Of a stretch of 64,000 nucleotides of DNA, positions 46,677-55,340 are shown in pieces. The DNA is taken from positions 2,624,001-2,688,000 of the forward strand of contig CAWELD010000003.1 of assembly GCA_963809895.1 (NCBI GenBank), written 5' to 3'. Position 1 is the first letter of the stretch, and the number at the start of each line of letters is the position of its first letter. The notes under the pieces were generated by a model. It was not told where the DNA came from and searched no databases. It saw only the letters and a list, made by a program, of their open reading frames with translations. This DNA is from an uncultured Gemmatimonadales bacterium (lineage in GTDB: Bacteria > Gemmatimonadota > Gemmatimonadetes > Longimicrobiales > Gaopeijiaceae). Position numbers and translations under genes: made by a program.

Positions 46677-47697
46677 TCAAACCAGCGCATCTCCGCCGGC
46701 ACCGACCCGCACCGTGCCTCCGATACCGGGCAGGGCCAAGCGCCCCTCGGGCAACTCCGCCCCGGTCCACGCGGCGCGGGTACGTCTTCGGCGGCTCCAG
46801 CGGGTCCTCGTCGGTGAGGCGGAAGGTGCCCCAGTGCATCCCGACGAAGACTCCCTGCCCTCCCATCTCCTGGTAGGCACGCACCGCTTCTTCGGGGTTC
46901 ATGTGGGCCCCGCGCATGAACCAACGGGGCTCGTACGCCCCCACGGGCATGATGACGAGCTCGAAGGGTCCCAGGCGCCGGCCGATCTCCGGATACCCGG
47001 GAAAGAAGCCGGAGTCGCCGCCGAAGTAGACGGCGCGGCCGCCCTCGGTACGCACCGCCCACGATGCCCACAGCCGCCGGTTCACGCGCCAGCGCCGTCG
47101 GGTCCAGTGCCGGGCCGGCGCGGCGGTCACCGTGACGGCGCCATCCGGCCCCTGGAGCGTCACGGCTTCCCACCAGTCCAGCTCCCGCACCCCATGGATG
47201 CCGAGGCGGGCGAACCAACCCCGGTAGCCCAGCGGCGTGATCCAGGTGAGCTCGGGCCCGTAGCGATCCCGGAGCGCCAGGACCGAGGGACGGTCCAGGT
47301 GGTCGAAGTGGTCGTGGGTCAGGAGGACGGCGTCCAGCGGAGGCAGGTCGTCCACCACGAGCCCCGGCGGCGTGAAACGCGCCGGACCGGTCCCTGGAAC
47401 CGGCGTGGCCCGCCGCGAGAAGATCGGGTCGGTGAGCAGGTTCCAGGGTCCCACCTGCAGGAGGAAGGTGGCGTGGCCCACCCAGGTGGCCCGGACCTCG
47501 TCGAGCCCGGCCCGGGGCCGCGCCACGGCCGGAGTCCCCCGGGGAATCCGTTCGGGAGAAGGATCCGCCGGCAGCGTCGTCGTGCGCCGTTGCCACACCC
47601 AGCGCAGCAGATCCCGGAGCCCCCGATCGACCTCGACCCCGTCGTCCCAGGGATCGGTGAATCCGCCCCCCGGCGCGTGGTGTGCCGGCTCGCTCAG
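46677..47697 (-). CDS. MBL-fold metallohydrolase, NAPE-PLD-like (apparent frameshift at ~46785; probable CTG start)
   Basis: WVGHATFL, THDHFDHLD, YFGGDSG, GAYEPRWFM..HMNPEEA, HWGTF; the frame stays open upstream to a CTG overlapping the upstream TGA. Confidence 0.87.
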
Positions 47698-49934
47698 AAG
47701 GACACCATCTGGGTCACCTTCACGATCAGCCCCCGCCCCGGAGGCGTCCCGTCACCGGTGGTGAAGCGCTGCTCGTTGAAGACCACGAACAGATCGCTCA
47801 ACGGATGGTGGATGAAGTTGAAGCGCACGTTGGTGTTCATCAGGTGGCGCCCCGGATCGAACTGCACCAGCGCATCCACGAACATGTTGGTGTTGAAGGA
47901 GTAGTTGGCGCGCCCGGTCCAGAAGGTCTTCACGAAATCGGCGTCGGGCACGTCGAGCTGCGCCGAGGTGCGCTGGACCCCGAGCTGCGATTCGAAGTGG
48001 TAGGAGGGCCGGAGGGTCGCATTCACGCGCACGGTCTTCTGCGTGCCGCTCCACAGCCCCCCGAGGATGCCGGTGAAGTCGAAGGCCACGCGGGCGCTGG
48101 GGTCGGTGCTGCCACGCAGTTGATATTCGGTCCAGGCGTACCCGCCTGGCGGGATGGCGTCGATGTCGCGCGAGATCTGGAAGGGCTCCGCGATGCGCTG
48201 GTAGGACGGGTTCACCGACAGCTCCCAGTAGCCCCCGTTGTTGAGAAAGAAGGTGTAGCCGGAGTGGAGCTTCTTGGCGACGATACGGCCGTCCAGGTCC
48301 TCGTAGTAGTTCCACACGAGGTGGGGGTGCATCTCCCGGATCCCGTGGCGCCTGAGCGCTTCGGAGCGCGGCCGGAACCCCCAGTCCATGAACCACTTGC
48401 GCACGCCGGTGCGCCGGTAGTAGCCCAACTCGTCGTTGAAGTTCTCGCCGAGCTGCATGACCCCGAGCTTGATGTGCTGGAAGTTGCCTTCGCGGTTGAG
48501 CGAGGTGCGCCACGCGTACTGGCCGTCGGAGACGCCGGGGCTCTCGGTGCGGATCAGGTACGAGCTCCAGTCGAGCTGCCCGAAGAAGCGGATGTTGGAG
48601 TCCACCCCGTACACCCGGTTGTAGTCGTCCCCACCGCCCACCGCGTCGCGCGTCATGAAGATGCCGCCCACGTCGCTGCCGTCGAGGACGTTCTGTCGCA
48701 GGCGCAGGACCATGAAGTCGTCGCCGGGGCGCTCGCCGAGATTGTCGGTGCGCATGGCGATGGCGCCCACATTGAGGCCCCGGGCGGTGCCCGTGAGGCG
48801 CGCGCCGGCCTGGATGGGCACGGCCTGCCCGTCGGGGGTGAGTCCGATGCTCCGGCTGAAGAAGAGCAGCAGGTCTTCGTCGGGCGTGGGGGTGAGGTTC
48901 ACGCGGTTGTTGCGGGCCGCGTCTCCCACGTAGAAGAGTCCCGAGTTCTCCAGGAAGAACTCACGCTTCTCCGGAAAGAACTGGCTGAACTGGGTCAGGT
49001 TCACCTGCTGGACGTCGGCTTCGACCTGGGCGAAGTCCGGGTTGGCGGTCAGATCCAGGGTGAAGCTCCCCAGAAGACCCGCCTTGGCGTCCACGCCCAC
49101 CTCGCTCTGACGGTCGTAGCCCGTCACCCCCGTCTCCCGCACCGCGCCGCCCAGGAGGTAGGGCTTGATGCGAAGATCCCGACCCGGCGAGCGGGTGGGC
49201 AGCCCCTCCAGATCGCCGGCCAGCGACAGTCGGGCGATGTTGTACGACCGGGGAATCGGCGCCCAGTAGTCGATCTCGTTGTTGCGCCGGATGCGCCGGC
49301 TGAAGTTGATCCCCCAGGCGCCTTCGGCCTCGTCGAAGCGCAGCGCGTGGAAGGGGATGGCCATCTCCAGCGTCCACCCGAACGCGGTACGCTGCGTGCG
49401 CACGCTCCAGGGCGCGTCCCAGCTCGTGTTGATCTCCCGCCCTTCGTTGGCCACCTGCCGGTCGGCCCGGGCGCCCTCGGGATTGGTCAGGAACTGGTAC
49501 CCGTTCCGGCGATCGTGAAAGGTGTCGAGGATGACCTCGAAGTCGTCCTGCTCCGACTCGGTGAAGTCCTTGCGGATGCTGTTCACCACCAGCCCACGGG
49601 GATCCTCCTCCACCAGGCGGGCCGCCACGTACAGGTTCTCCTCGTCGTAGGCGACCCACACCCGCGTGTCCTGGGTGGCCGCCGCCCCTTCCATGGGCTC
49701 GGCCTGCACGAAGTCGGCGGCGCCGGGCGGTCCCTGCCAGACCGACTCCGTGAGGGCTCCGTCCAGGTCGATGGCGCCCTGGACACGCACGGCGCGCACG
49801 ACGGGACGGTCCTGAGCGACCAGGGGAACGGGAGGAGCGGCGAGGACGAGGAGGGCGACGAGGGCGAGGGCAGGCGGAGCGAGACGGATATGCCGCCGCG
49901 AGACGCTGCTCGCGGCGGAGCCGTGAAGGGGCAC
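47694..49934 (-). CDS. CBM9-like + DUF5916-like outer-membrane protein (paralog of 40035-42416)
   Basis: LDTFHDRRNGY, NPDFAQVEAD, FPEKREFFLEN; ends VSF; start uncertain. Confidence 0.85.
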   Translation of the reverse strand: MPLHGSAASSVSRRHIRLAPPALALVALLVLAAPPVPLVAQDRPVVRAVRVQGAIDLDGALTESVWQGPPGAADFVQAEPMEGAAATQDTRVWVAYDEENLYVAARLVEEDPRGLVVNSIRKDFTESEQDDFEVILDTFHDRRNGYQFLTNPEGARADRQVANEGREINTSWDAPWSVRTQRTAFGWTLEMAIPFHALRFDEAEGAWGINFSRRIRRNNEIDYWAPIPRSYNIARLSLAGDLEGLPTRSPGRDLRIKPYLLGGAVRETGVTGYDRQSEVGVDAKAGLLGSFTLDLTANPDFAQVEADVQQVNLTQFSQFFPEKREFFLENSGLFYVGDAARNNRVNLTPTPDEDLLLFFSRSIGLTPDGQAVPIQAGARLTGTARGLNVGAIAMRTDNLGERPGDDFMVLRLRQNVLDGSDVGGIFMTRDAVGGGDDYNRVYGVDSNIRFFGQLDWSSYLIRTESPGVSDGQYAWRTSLNREGNFQHIKLGVMQLGENFNDELGYYRRTGVRKWFMDWGFRPRSEALRRHGIREMHPHLVWNYYEDLDGRIVAKKLHSGYTFFLNNGGYWELSVNPSYQRIAEPFQISRDIDAIPPGGYAWTEYQLRGSTDPSARVAFDFTGILGGLWSGTQKTVRVNATLRPSYHFESQLGVQRTSAQLDVPDADFVKTFWTGRANYSFNTNMFVDALVQFDPGRHLMNTNVRFNFIHHPLSDLFVVFNEQRFTTGDGTPPGRGLIVKVTQMVSF

Positions 49935-50093
49935 GACAGCCTCCGGGATGGTCGACGTGGAGATGAATGCGCCGAAGAGGATGCGCGGCCACCCGCGTGC
50001 ACGCCAGGGGCCCCCTACCGCGCAGGTAGCCCGCACAGGACGGGCCGAGGCACCCGCGCCGGGTGCCCGCCGGCGCGAGTCACGTCACCGCGG

Positions 50094-50489
50094 TCAGCTG
50101 TTGGCGCCGCCCGTGACCGCGATGATCCCCTCGTCGCCGGTCTGGATCACCACGTAGCTGTTGGTGGTGTCGCAGAGGGGACAGATGGCGTAACGCGCAT
50201 CCAGCACCTCCAGCTCGGCCACGAAACCGCAGCCCTCGCACTGGGCCTTCACGGTCTTCCACTCGTGGTCCACGTGGGCGCGCGCCAGCCGCACGCCCAT
50301 GACGATTCCCGGGCGTCCGGTCAGCGGACAGGTGCCCTCGGAGCAGCCCTCGCCGAAGTCCAGACACACCACCTGCGAGCCGTCGGGGAGATTGGCCTGG
50401 GCGTGGCCGTGGGGCGTCGTGACCGTGAGGCGCACCTGGTGGTTGCACCCCGGGCAATACGCCGTGGTCGTGGTGGGCTCGGTGGTCAC
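50094..50489 (-). CDS. Cys-rich metal-binding hypothetical protein (9 Cys)
   Basis: AYCPGC..VCLDFGEGCSEGTCP..CEGC..CPLC; GGAGG RBS, GTGA overlap. Confidence 0.75.
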   Translation of the reverse strand: MTTEPTTTTAYCPGCNHQVRLTVTTPHGHAQANLPDGSQVVCLDFGEGCSEGTCPLTGRPGIVMGVRLARAHVDHEWKTVKAQCEGCGFVAELEVLDARYAICPLCDTTNSYVVIQTGDEGIIAVTGGANS

Positions 50490-50731
50490 TTCACACCTCC
50501 CAGGCGCTCACGCGCCCTGTCCAGCAGGCTGCCGTAGCGGGCCTTCATCTCCTCGGTGGGCACGTTGAAGAGCGGGCACAGATCGCCCGTGCAGGTGTCC
50601 CCGTGCTCCAGGCACACCAGGTCGTCTTCGGTCGGGGTGCGCCCTTCCAGGATCACCTTGGGATTCACCGCCACCCGCACCTGACGGTCGCAGGCAGAGC
50701 AATAGGCGAGATGGGCATCGATGGGACTCAT
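50486..50731 (-). CDS. Cys-rich hypothetical protein (5 Cys), paralog of the downstream gene
   Basis: MSPIDAHLAYCSAC..VCLEHGDTCTGDLCP; GGAGG RBS. Confidence 0.75.
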   Translation of the reverse strand: MSPIDAHLAYCSACDRQVRVAVNPKVILEGRTPTEDDLVCLEHGDTCTGDLCPLFNVPTEEMKARYGSLLDRARERLGGVK

Positions 50732-50859
50732 GAGTCCTCCCCGTCGAGGGTGCAGGAGGTGCATTCGCCGCTGCATCCGTCGCAGCGGTGCTGGGCAGGC
50801 AGGAGCCCGAACAGAGCGAACAAGGCCGCGAGCCCGGCGATGGCGAAAACCGTGGCCAT
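50728..50859 (-). CDS. 43-aa single-TM protein with CxxCxxxCxxC
   Basis: Own translation MATVFAIAGLAALFALFGLLPAQHRCDGCSGECTSCTLDGEDS*; GAGGAGG RBS; ATGA overlap with the next gene. Confidence 0.8.
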   Translation of the reverse strand: MATVFAIAGLAALFALFGLLPAQHRCDGCSGECTSCTLDGEDS

Positions 50860-50871
50860 GCTGGTTCCTCC

Positions 50872-51450
50872 TCAGCCCGAGGTGAAGAGCCCGGCGAAGC
50901 CCATGAAGGCCAGCGACAGGCTCCCGGCGAGGATCAGGACCAGCCCCATGTTGCGGGCCAGCGCAGGCACGTCGGCCAACTCGATGCGCTCCCGGATGGA
51001 AGCCATCAGGACCAGGGCCAGGGTCAGTCCCAGGCCGGCGCCCACGGCGAAGAAGAGGCCCTCCAGGAAGCCGTAGCCGCGGTTGGTCTGGAAGATGGCC
51101 AGTCCCAGGATCGCGCAGTTGGTGGTGATGAGCGGCAAGAAGATGCCCAGCTCCCGGAACAGGGTGGGGCTCAGCTTCTTGATGGCCATCTCCACGATCT
51201 GCACCAGCGAGGCGATGACCACGATGAACGAGATCAGCCGCAGGTAGGGCGCATAGGGGAGCACGTAGGCGTTCAGGAGCGACGCCACCATCGACGTGAT
51301 CACCAGCACGAAGATGTTGGCCATGCCCATGCGCAGCGCGGTGCCGACCTTGGCCGACACCCCCAGGAAGGGGCACAGGCCCAGGAACAGGACCAGGGTG
51401 AAGTTGTTCACCAGCATGGCCGAGACCAGGATCCACATCAGCTCGCCCAT
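50872..51450 (-). CDS. rnfA: Rnf complex subunit A
   Basis: NNFTLVLFLGLCPFLGVS, LPLITTNCAILG, LAFMGF. Confidence 0.95.
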   Translation of the reverse strand: MGELMWILVSAMLVNNFTLVLFLGLCPFLGVSAKVGTALRMGMANIFVLVITSMVASLLNAYVLPYAPYLRLISFIVVIASLVQIVEMAIKKLSPTLFRELGIFLPLITTNCAILGLAIFQTNRGYGFLEGLFFAVGAGLGLTLALVLMASIRERIELADVPALARNMGLVLILAGSLSLAFMGFAGLFTSG

Positions 51451-51451
51451 G

Positions 51452-52135
51452 TCAGGCCCTCCTGACCGCTTCGGCGGTCTCGACGTTGGTGGTCACGCCG
51501 TGCGGCCACTGGCGGGGACGAACGGGCACGCGCCGGCGTCCCTTCCACCACGCGAACACCAGCAGGAGGATCCCCAGGGTGAAGAAGCCTCCCGGCGGCA
51601 GGATCATGACCACCCAGGGCTCGTAGCTCGGACCGAAGAGGGGAATCCCCAGGAAGGAGCCGTTGCCCAGTACCTCGCGAATGGTCCCCATGAGCAGGAG
51701 GGCGATGATGAAGCCCACCCCGGTGCCCACCGCATCGAGGATCGCCCGGCCCACGGGCCTCTTGGAGGCGAACGCTTCCTGACGCCCCAGGATCATGCAG
51801 TTCACCACGATGAGGGCGATGAAGGCGCCCAGCGCCTTGTGGATGTCCGGCACCACCGCCGCCAGGATCAGGTCCGCCATGGTGACGAAGGTGGCGATGA
51901 TGAGGATGTAGGCCGAGATCCGCACCTCGTTGGGGATCCAGCGCTTGAAGAGCGAGACCAGGATGCTGGATCCCACGAGCACGAAGAAGGTCGCCAGCCC
52001 CATGGCGATGCTGTTCTCCACCGTGTTGGTCACGGCCAGCGTCGGGCACAGGCCCAGGAGCTGCACCAGCACGGGGTTCTCCTTCCAGATGCCCCGGAGG
52101 AGATCCTCCTGGGCAGTGGTCACCCGGGGACTCAT
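51452..52135 (-). CDS. rnfE: Rnf complex subunit E
   Basis: ENPVLVQLLGLCPTLAV, LIVVNCMILGR, REVLGNG, ILPPGGF. Confidence 0.95.
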   Translation of the reverse strand: MSPRVTTAQEDLLRGIWKENPVLVQLLGLCPTLAVTNTVENSIAMGLATFFVLVGSSILVSLFKRWIPNEVRISAYILIIATFVTMADLILAAVVPDIHKALGAFIALIVVNCMILGRQEAFASKRPVGRAILDAVGTGVGFIIALLLMGTIREVLGNGSFLGIPLFGPSYEPWVVMILPPGGFFTLGILLLVFAWWKGRRRVPVRPRQWPHGVTTNVETAEAVRRA

Positions 52136-52920
52136 CGCTCGCCTCCGTTGCTGCCAGCGCCCGTCGCCGGGGAAGCCGACGCCGCGCGGGGTGCCGGCAC
52201 GCCGGAGGCCCACAGATCCTTCAGGGGATCCCGGACCGCCTCGAGCCGGTGGTTGATGATGTCGATGACGGCGCGCGACGAGATGGTGGCCCCGGTGATC
52301 ATGACCACCTCGTCGTCGGCGCCGGTCTTGCGGGCCTCCTTCACGCCCTTCAGCGGCGCCTCCACGTCTCGGAACTCGCCGATGAAGGCCGAGTCACGGG
52401 TGATCTTGTCGCCCAGCCCCGGGGTCTCCTTGCTCTCCAGGACCTTCATACCCAGCACCTCTCCGCTGTCGGGATCGTAGCCGAAGAGCAGGTCGATGAT
52501 GTCCTGGAACCCGGCCTCCGCCGCCGAGACCGCCACGCCCACGGGGCCGCCGGCCTCGTCGTAGCCCACGTAGACCCGATCCACCGAGGCGGTGTCGACG
52601 CTGGCTGGCGGGCTGTCGGTGAAGTGGCCGTCCACGAGGAAGAAGGTCTGGGTGGCGCTGGGCCCGTCGAGGACCTCCTGGACGGCCTCCGCGAGCACCT
52701 GGGCGCGGTGCGCTTCGATGCGGGGCTGACTCCACTGGTAGACGAGGACGATGAAGAACCCGGCGATGGCGCCGGCCAGCGCCAGGGTCGCGATCAGGCG
52801 CGCCGACGACGCCCGGGGGCGCTCCGGCGGCGGCGGCGGGCCACCGCCCATCGACGTGCCGTCGGCGGCGGCGGTCGTGCCCGCGCTGTCGCTGGCCATG
52901 GGAAGCTTGTGCTCGCTCAC
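52132..52920 (-). CDS. rnfG: Rnf complex subunit G (FMN-binding)
   Basis: N-terminal TM, ETPGLGDKI, ITGATISS. Confidence 0.92.
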   Translation of the reverse strand: MSEHKLPMASDSAGTTAAADGTSMGGGPPPPPERPRASSARLIATLALAGAIAGFFIVLVYQWSQPRIEAHRAQVLAEAVQEVLDGPSATQTFFLVDGHFTDSPPASVDTASVDRVYVGYDEAGGPVGVAVSAAEAGFQDIIDLLFGYDPDSGEVLGMKVLESKETPGLGDKITRDSAFIGEFRDVEAPLKGVKEARKTGADDEVVMITGATISSRAVIDIINHRLEAVRDPLKDLWASGVPAPRAASASPATGAGSNGGER

Positions 52921-53918
52921 GTCGCCACCTCTTCACGGGTGCCGAAGACCCTGGGCCTGGTGGCCCGGTCGATGAACGGCACCAGCGCGTTCATGAGGAG
53001 GACGGCGTACATCACGCCCTCGGGGAGGCCACCCCACAGTCGGATGACCACCACGAGGGCTCCGATGCCGGCGCCGAAAACCCAGGCGCCCCTGTTCGTC
53101 ACGGGAGAGGTCACCATGTCGGTGGCCATGTAGACGGCTCCGAGCATGAGCCCCCCGGAGAACAGCATGAAAGGCGCACCCGGGATGGCCGGATCGATGG
53201 CGTGCAACGCGCTGGAGAGGAGTGCCACGACGGCCAGGATACTCACCGGGATACGCCAGTTCAGATAGTTCTTGTAGGCCAGGTATGCGCCGCCCAGCAG
53301 GATGAGGACGGCTGCGGTCTCGCCCAGGGAGCCTCCGGTGCTCCCCATGAGCAGATCGCGTACGGGTGTGCCCGCGTGCTCGAACTTCATGAGCCCCAGG
53401 GGCGTGGCGCTGGTGACGGCGTCCACGCTGGAGCCCATGAGCGGCAGGGCGAAGTTGTCGCCCACGAGATGGGCCCAGGGCTGGCCCGGGGTGGGCCAGG
53501 TGGTGAGCGCCTCGGGAAACGCGGCCTGCAGGAAGGCCCGGGCCAGGAGCGCCGGGTTGAAGATGTTCTGTCCCAGCCCTCCGAAGATGAGCTTGCCGAA
53601 GCCGATCCCGAACATGCCGCCCAGGAAGGCCATCCACAGGGGGATCCCCGGAGGCAGCGTCAGCCCCAGCAGGAGCCCCGTGATGGCGGCGGAGCCGTCG
53701 GCCAGCGATCCCCCTTTGCCGAAGACCCGTTCCGTGACAAGGGCGCCCAGCGTCGCGGCGGCGATGACCAGGAGCGCGCTCACCCCGAAGAACCAGGTGG
53801 CCGCCGCGATGACGGGCACCAGCGTGGCCACCACCGTCCACATGATGCGAGGCGTGCTGTCCGGCGCCTTCAGGTGGGGCGAGGCCACCAGCTCCAGGCG
53901 GGTCTCCGCAGCGTTCAT
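52917..53918 (-). CDS. rnfD: Rnf complex subunit D
   Basis: SPHL, FGGLGQNIFNPAL, DAVTSATPL, MATDMVTSP, EGVMYAVLLMN. Confidence 0.95.
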   Translation of the reverse strand: MNAAETRLELVASPHLKAPDSTPRIMWTVVATLVPVIAAATWFFGVSALLVIAAATLGALVTERVFGKGGSLADGSAAITGLLLGLTLPPGIPLWMAFLGGMFGIGFGKLIFGGLGQNIFNPALLARAFLQAAFPEALTTWPTPGQPWAHLVGDNFALPLMGSSVDAVTSATPLGLMKFEHAGTPVRDLLMGSTGGSLGETAAVLILLGGAYLAYKNYLNWRIPVSILAVVALLSSALHAIDPAIPGAPFMLFSGGLMLGAVYMATDMVTSPVTNRGAWVFGAGIGALVVVIRLWGGLPEGVMYAVLLMNALVPFIDRATRPRVFGTREEVAT

Positions 53919-55318
53919 GCGGCCTTGCCTCCCCCGGCCGGAGCCTCGGCCGCTTCGGCGGCGGCCTTGTCGCGCTCGCGCTGCTGCTCGCGACGCACGG
54001 CGCCTTTGGCCAGGGCGAACATCTGCGACAGCGGGATGTTGGACGGGCACACGTACGAGCAGGACCCGCACAGCATGCAGTCCATGAGGTTGTAGTCCCC
54101 CACCATCTCCTGATAGCGGCCCGCCTGGGCCAGCTTGCCCAGGGTGGTGGGGTTCAGGAAGACCGGACAGGCGTCCAGGCAGTGGCCGCATGAGATGCAC
54201 GGGTGCACCTGCCGCGGCTTGGCCTCGGCGTCGGTGAGGACCACGATGCCGCTGGTGCCCTTGAGCACCGGGGCGTCCAGGTCGGCCTGGGGCATGCCCA
54301 TCATGGGGCCACCCACCAGCACCTCGCGGGCGTCGTCGGTGAGACCTCCGCAGAACTCGAGCACGTCGCGGAGCCTGGTGCCCACGGGCACGATCAGGTT
54401 CGACGGCTTGCGGATGCCGGGCCCGGAGACGGTGACGATACGCTCGATGAGCGGGAGTCCCGTCTCGAAGACCTCGGCGATGGCGGCGATGGAGCCCACG
54501 TTCTGCACCACCGTGCCCACATGCGCGGGAAGCTTGCCCGATGGCACCTCGCGGCCCGTGACGGCCTTGATGAGCATCTTCTCGGCGCCCTGCGGATACT
54601 TCACCCGCAGCGGGTGCACCGTGATGTCCAGGTCCGGGGGGATGGTGGCGCGCAGTCGCTCCACGGCGTCGGGCTTGTTGAGCTCCACGCCGATGACCGC
54701 CTTCGACACCCCGAGGCACTGCATCATGATGCGGATGCCGAAGTGGACCCGCTCCGGATATTCCACCATCACCCGGTGGTCCGAGGTGAGATAGGGCTCG
54801 CACTCGGCTCCGTTCACCAGCAGCAGCTCGATGTTCACGCCCTCCGGCGCCTTCAGCTTCACGTGGGTCGGGAAGGCGGCGCCTCCCAGGCCCACGACGC
54901 CGGCGTTCTGCACCGCGGCCCGCACCTCGTCGGCAGTGAGCCCCTCCCAGTGGGGCACCATGCGCGCCCGCGGGATCTGCGGCGAGCGCGCATCGACCTC
55001 GATGCGCACCGCTTCGGCCTGGCTGCCGTCGGGGTGCGGCCACCAGTCCACCGCCTTCACGGTGCCCGACGCCGAGGCGTGGATGGGCACCGAGACGTAG
55101 CCCTGGGCCTCGCCTATCTTGTCGCCCCGCTCGACCCGGTCACCCGGCGCCACCAGCAGGCGCGACGGCGCCCCGGTGTGCTGCCGCAGGGGCAGCACCA
55201 CCTCGTCCGGGAAGGGCATGCGCCGGATCGGCACCTGGGCCGATGCTTCCTTGTGATCCGGGGGATGCACCCCGTGGCGGAAGCCTCCGGTCAGCAACGC
55301 CTGCAGCGACAGGGACAC
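53915..55318 (-). CDS. rnfC: Rnf complex subunit C
   Basis: QHTGAP, GVVGLGGAAFPTHVK, NGAECEPYLTSD, KYPQGAEK, GGPMMG, two 4Fe-4S motifs. Confidence 0.96.
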   Translation of the reverse strand: MSLSLQALLTGGFRHGVHPPDHKEASAQVPIRRMPFPDEVVLPLRQHTGAPSRLLVAPGDRVERGDKIGEAQGYVSVPIHASASGTVKAVDWWPHPDGSQAEAVRIEVDARSPQIPRARMVPHWEGLTADEVRAAVQNAGVVGLGGAAFPTHVKLKAPEGVNIELLLVNGAECEPYLTSDHRVMVEYPERVHFGIRIMMQCLGVSKAVIGVELNKPDAVERLRATIPPDLDITVHPLRVKYPQGAEKMLIKAVTGREVPSGKLPAHVGTVVQNVGSIAAIAEVFETGLPLIERIVTVSGPGIRKPSNLIVPVGTRLRDVLEFCGGLTDDAREVLVGGPMMGMPQADLDAPVLKGTSGIVVLTDAEAKPRQVHPCISCGHCLDACPVFLNPTTLGKLAQAGRYQEMVGDYNLMDCMLCGSCSYVCPSNIPLSQMFALAKGAVRREQQRERDKAAAEAAEAPAGGGKAA

Positions 55319-55340
55319 GCTCGATTCTCCTGTGCGCTCG

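Noticed and set aside
46354..47598. Apparent MBL hydrolase-CPXCG fusion in the ORF track
   Set aside because: A frameshift near 46785 explains it: the natural MBL C-terminus ends at 46677 in another frame, and the CPXCG protein has its own ATG at 46605.
47682..50537. Long antisense ORFs (e.g. 951 aa here, 57981-60335, 55332-57365, 889-2241)
   Set aside because: Shadow ORFs opposite well-supported genes, expected in high-GC DNA.
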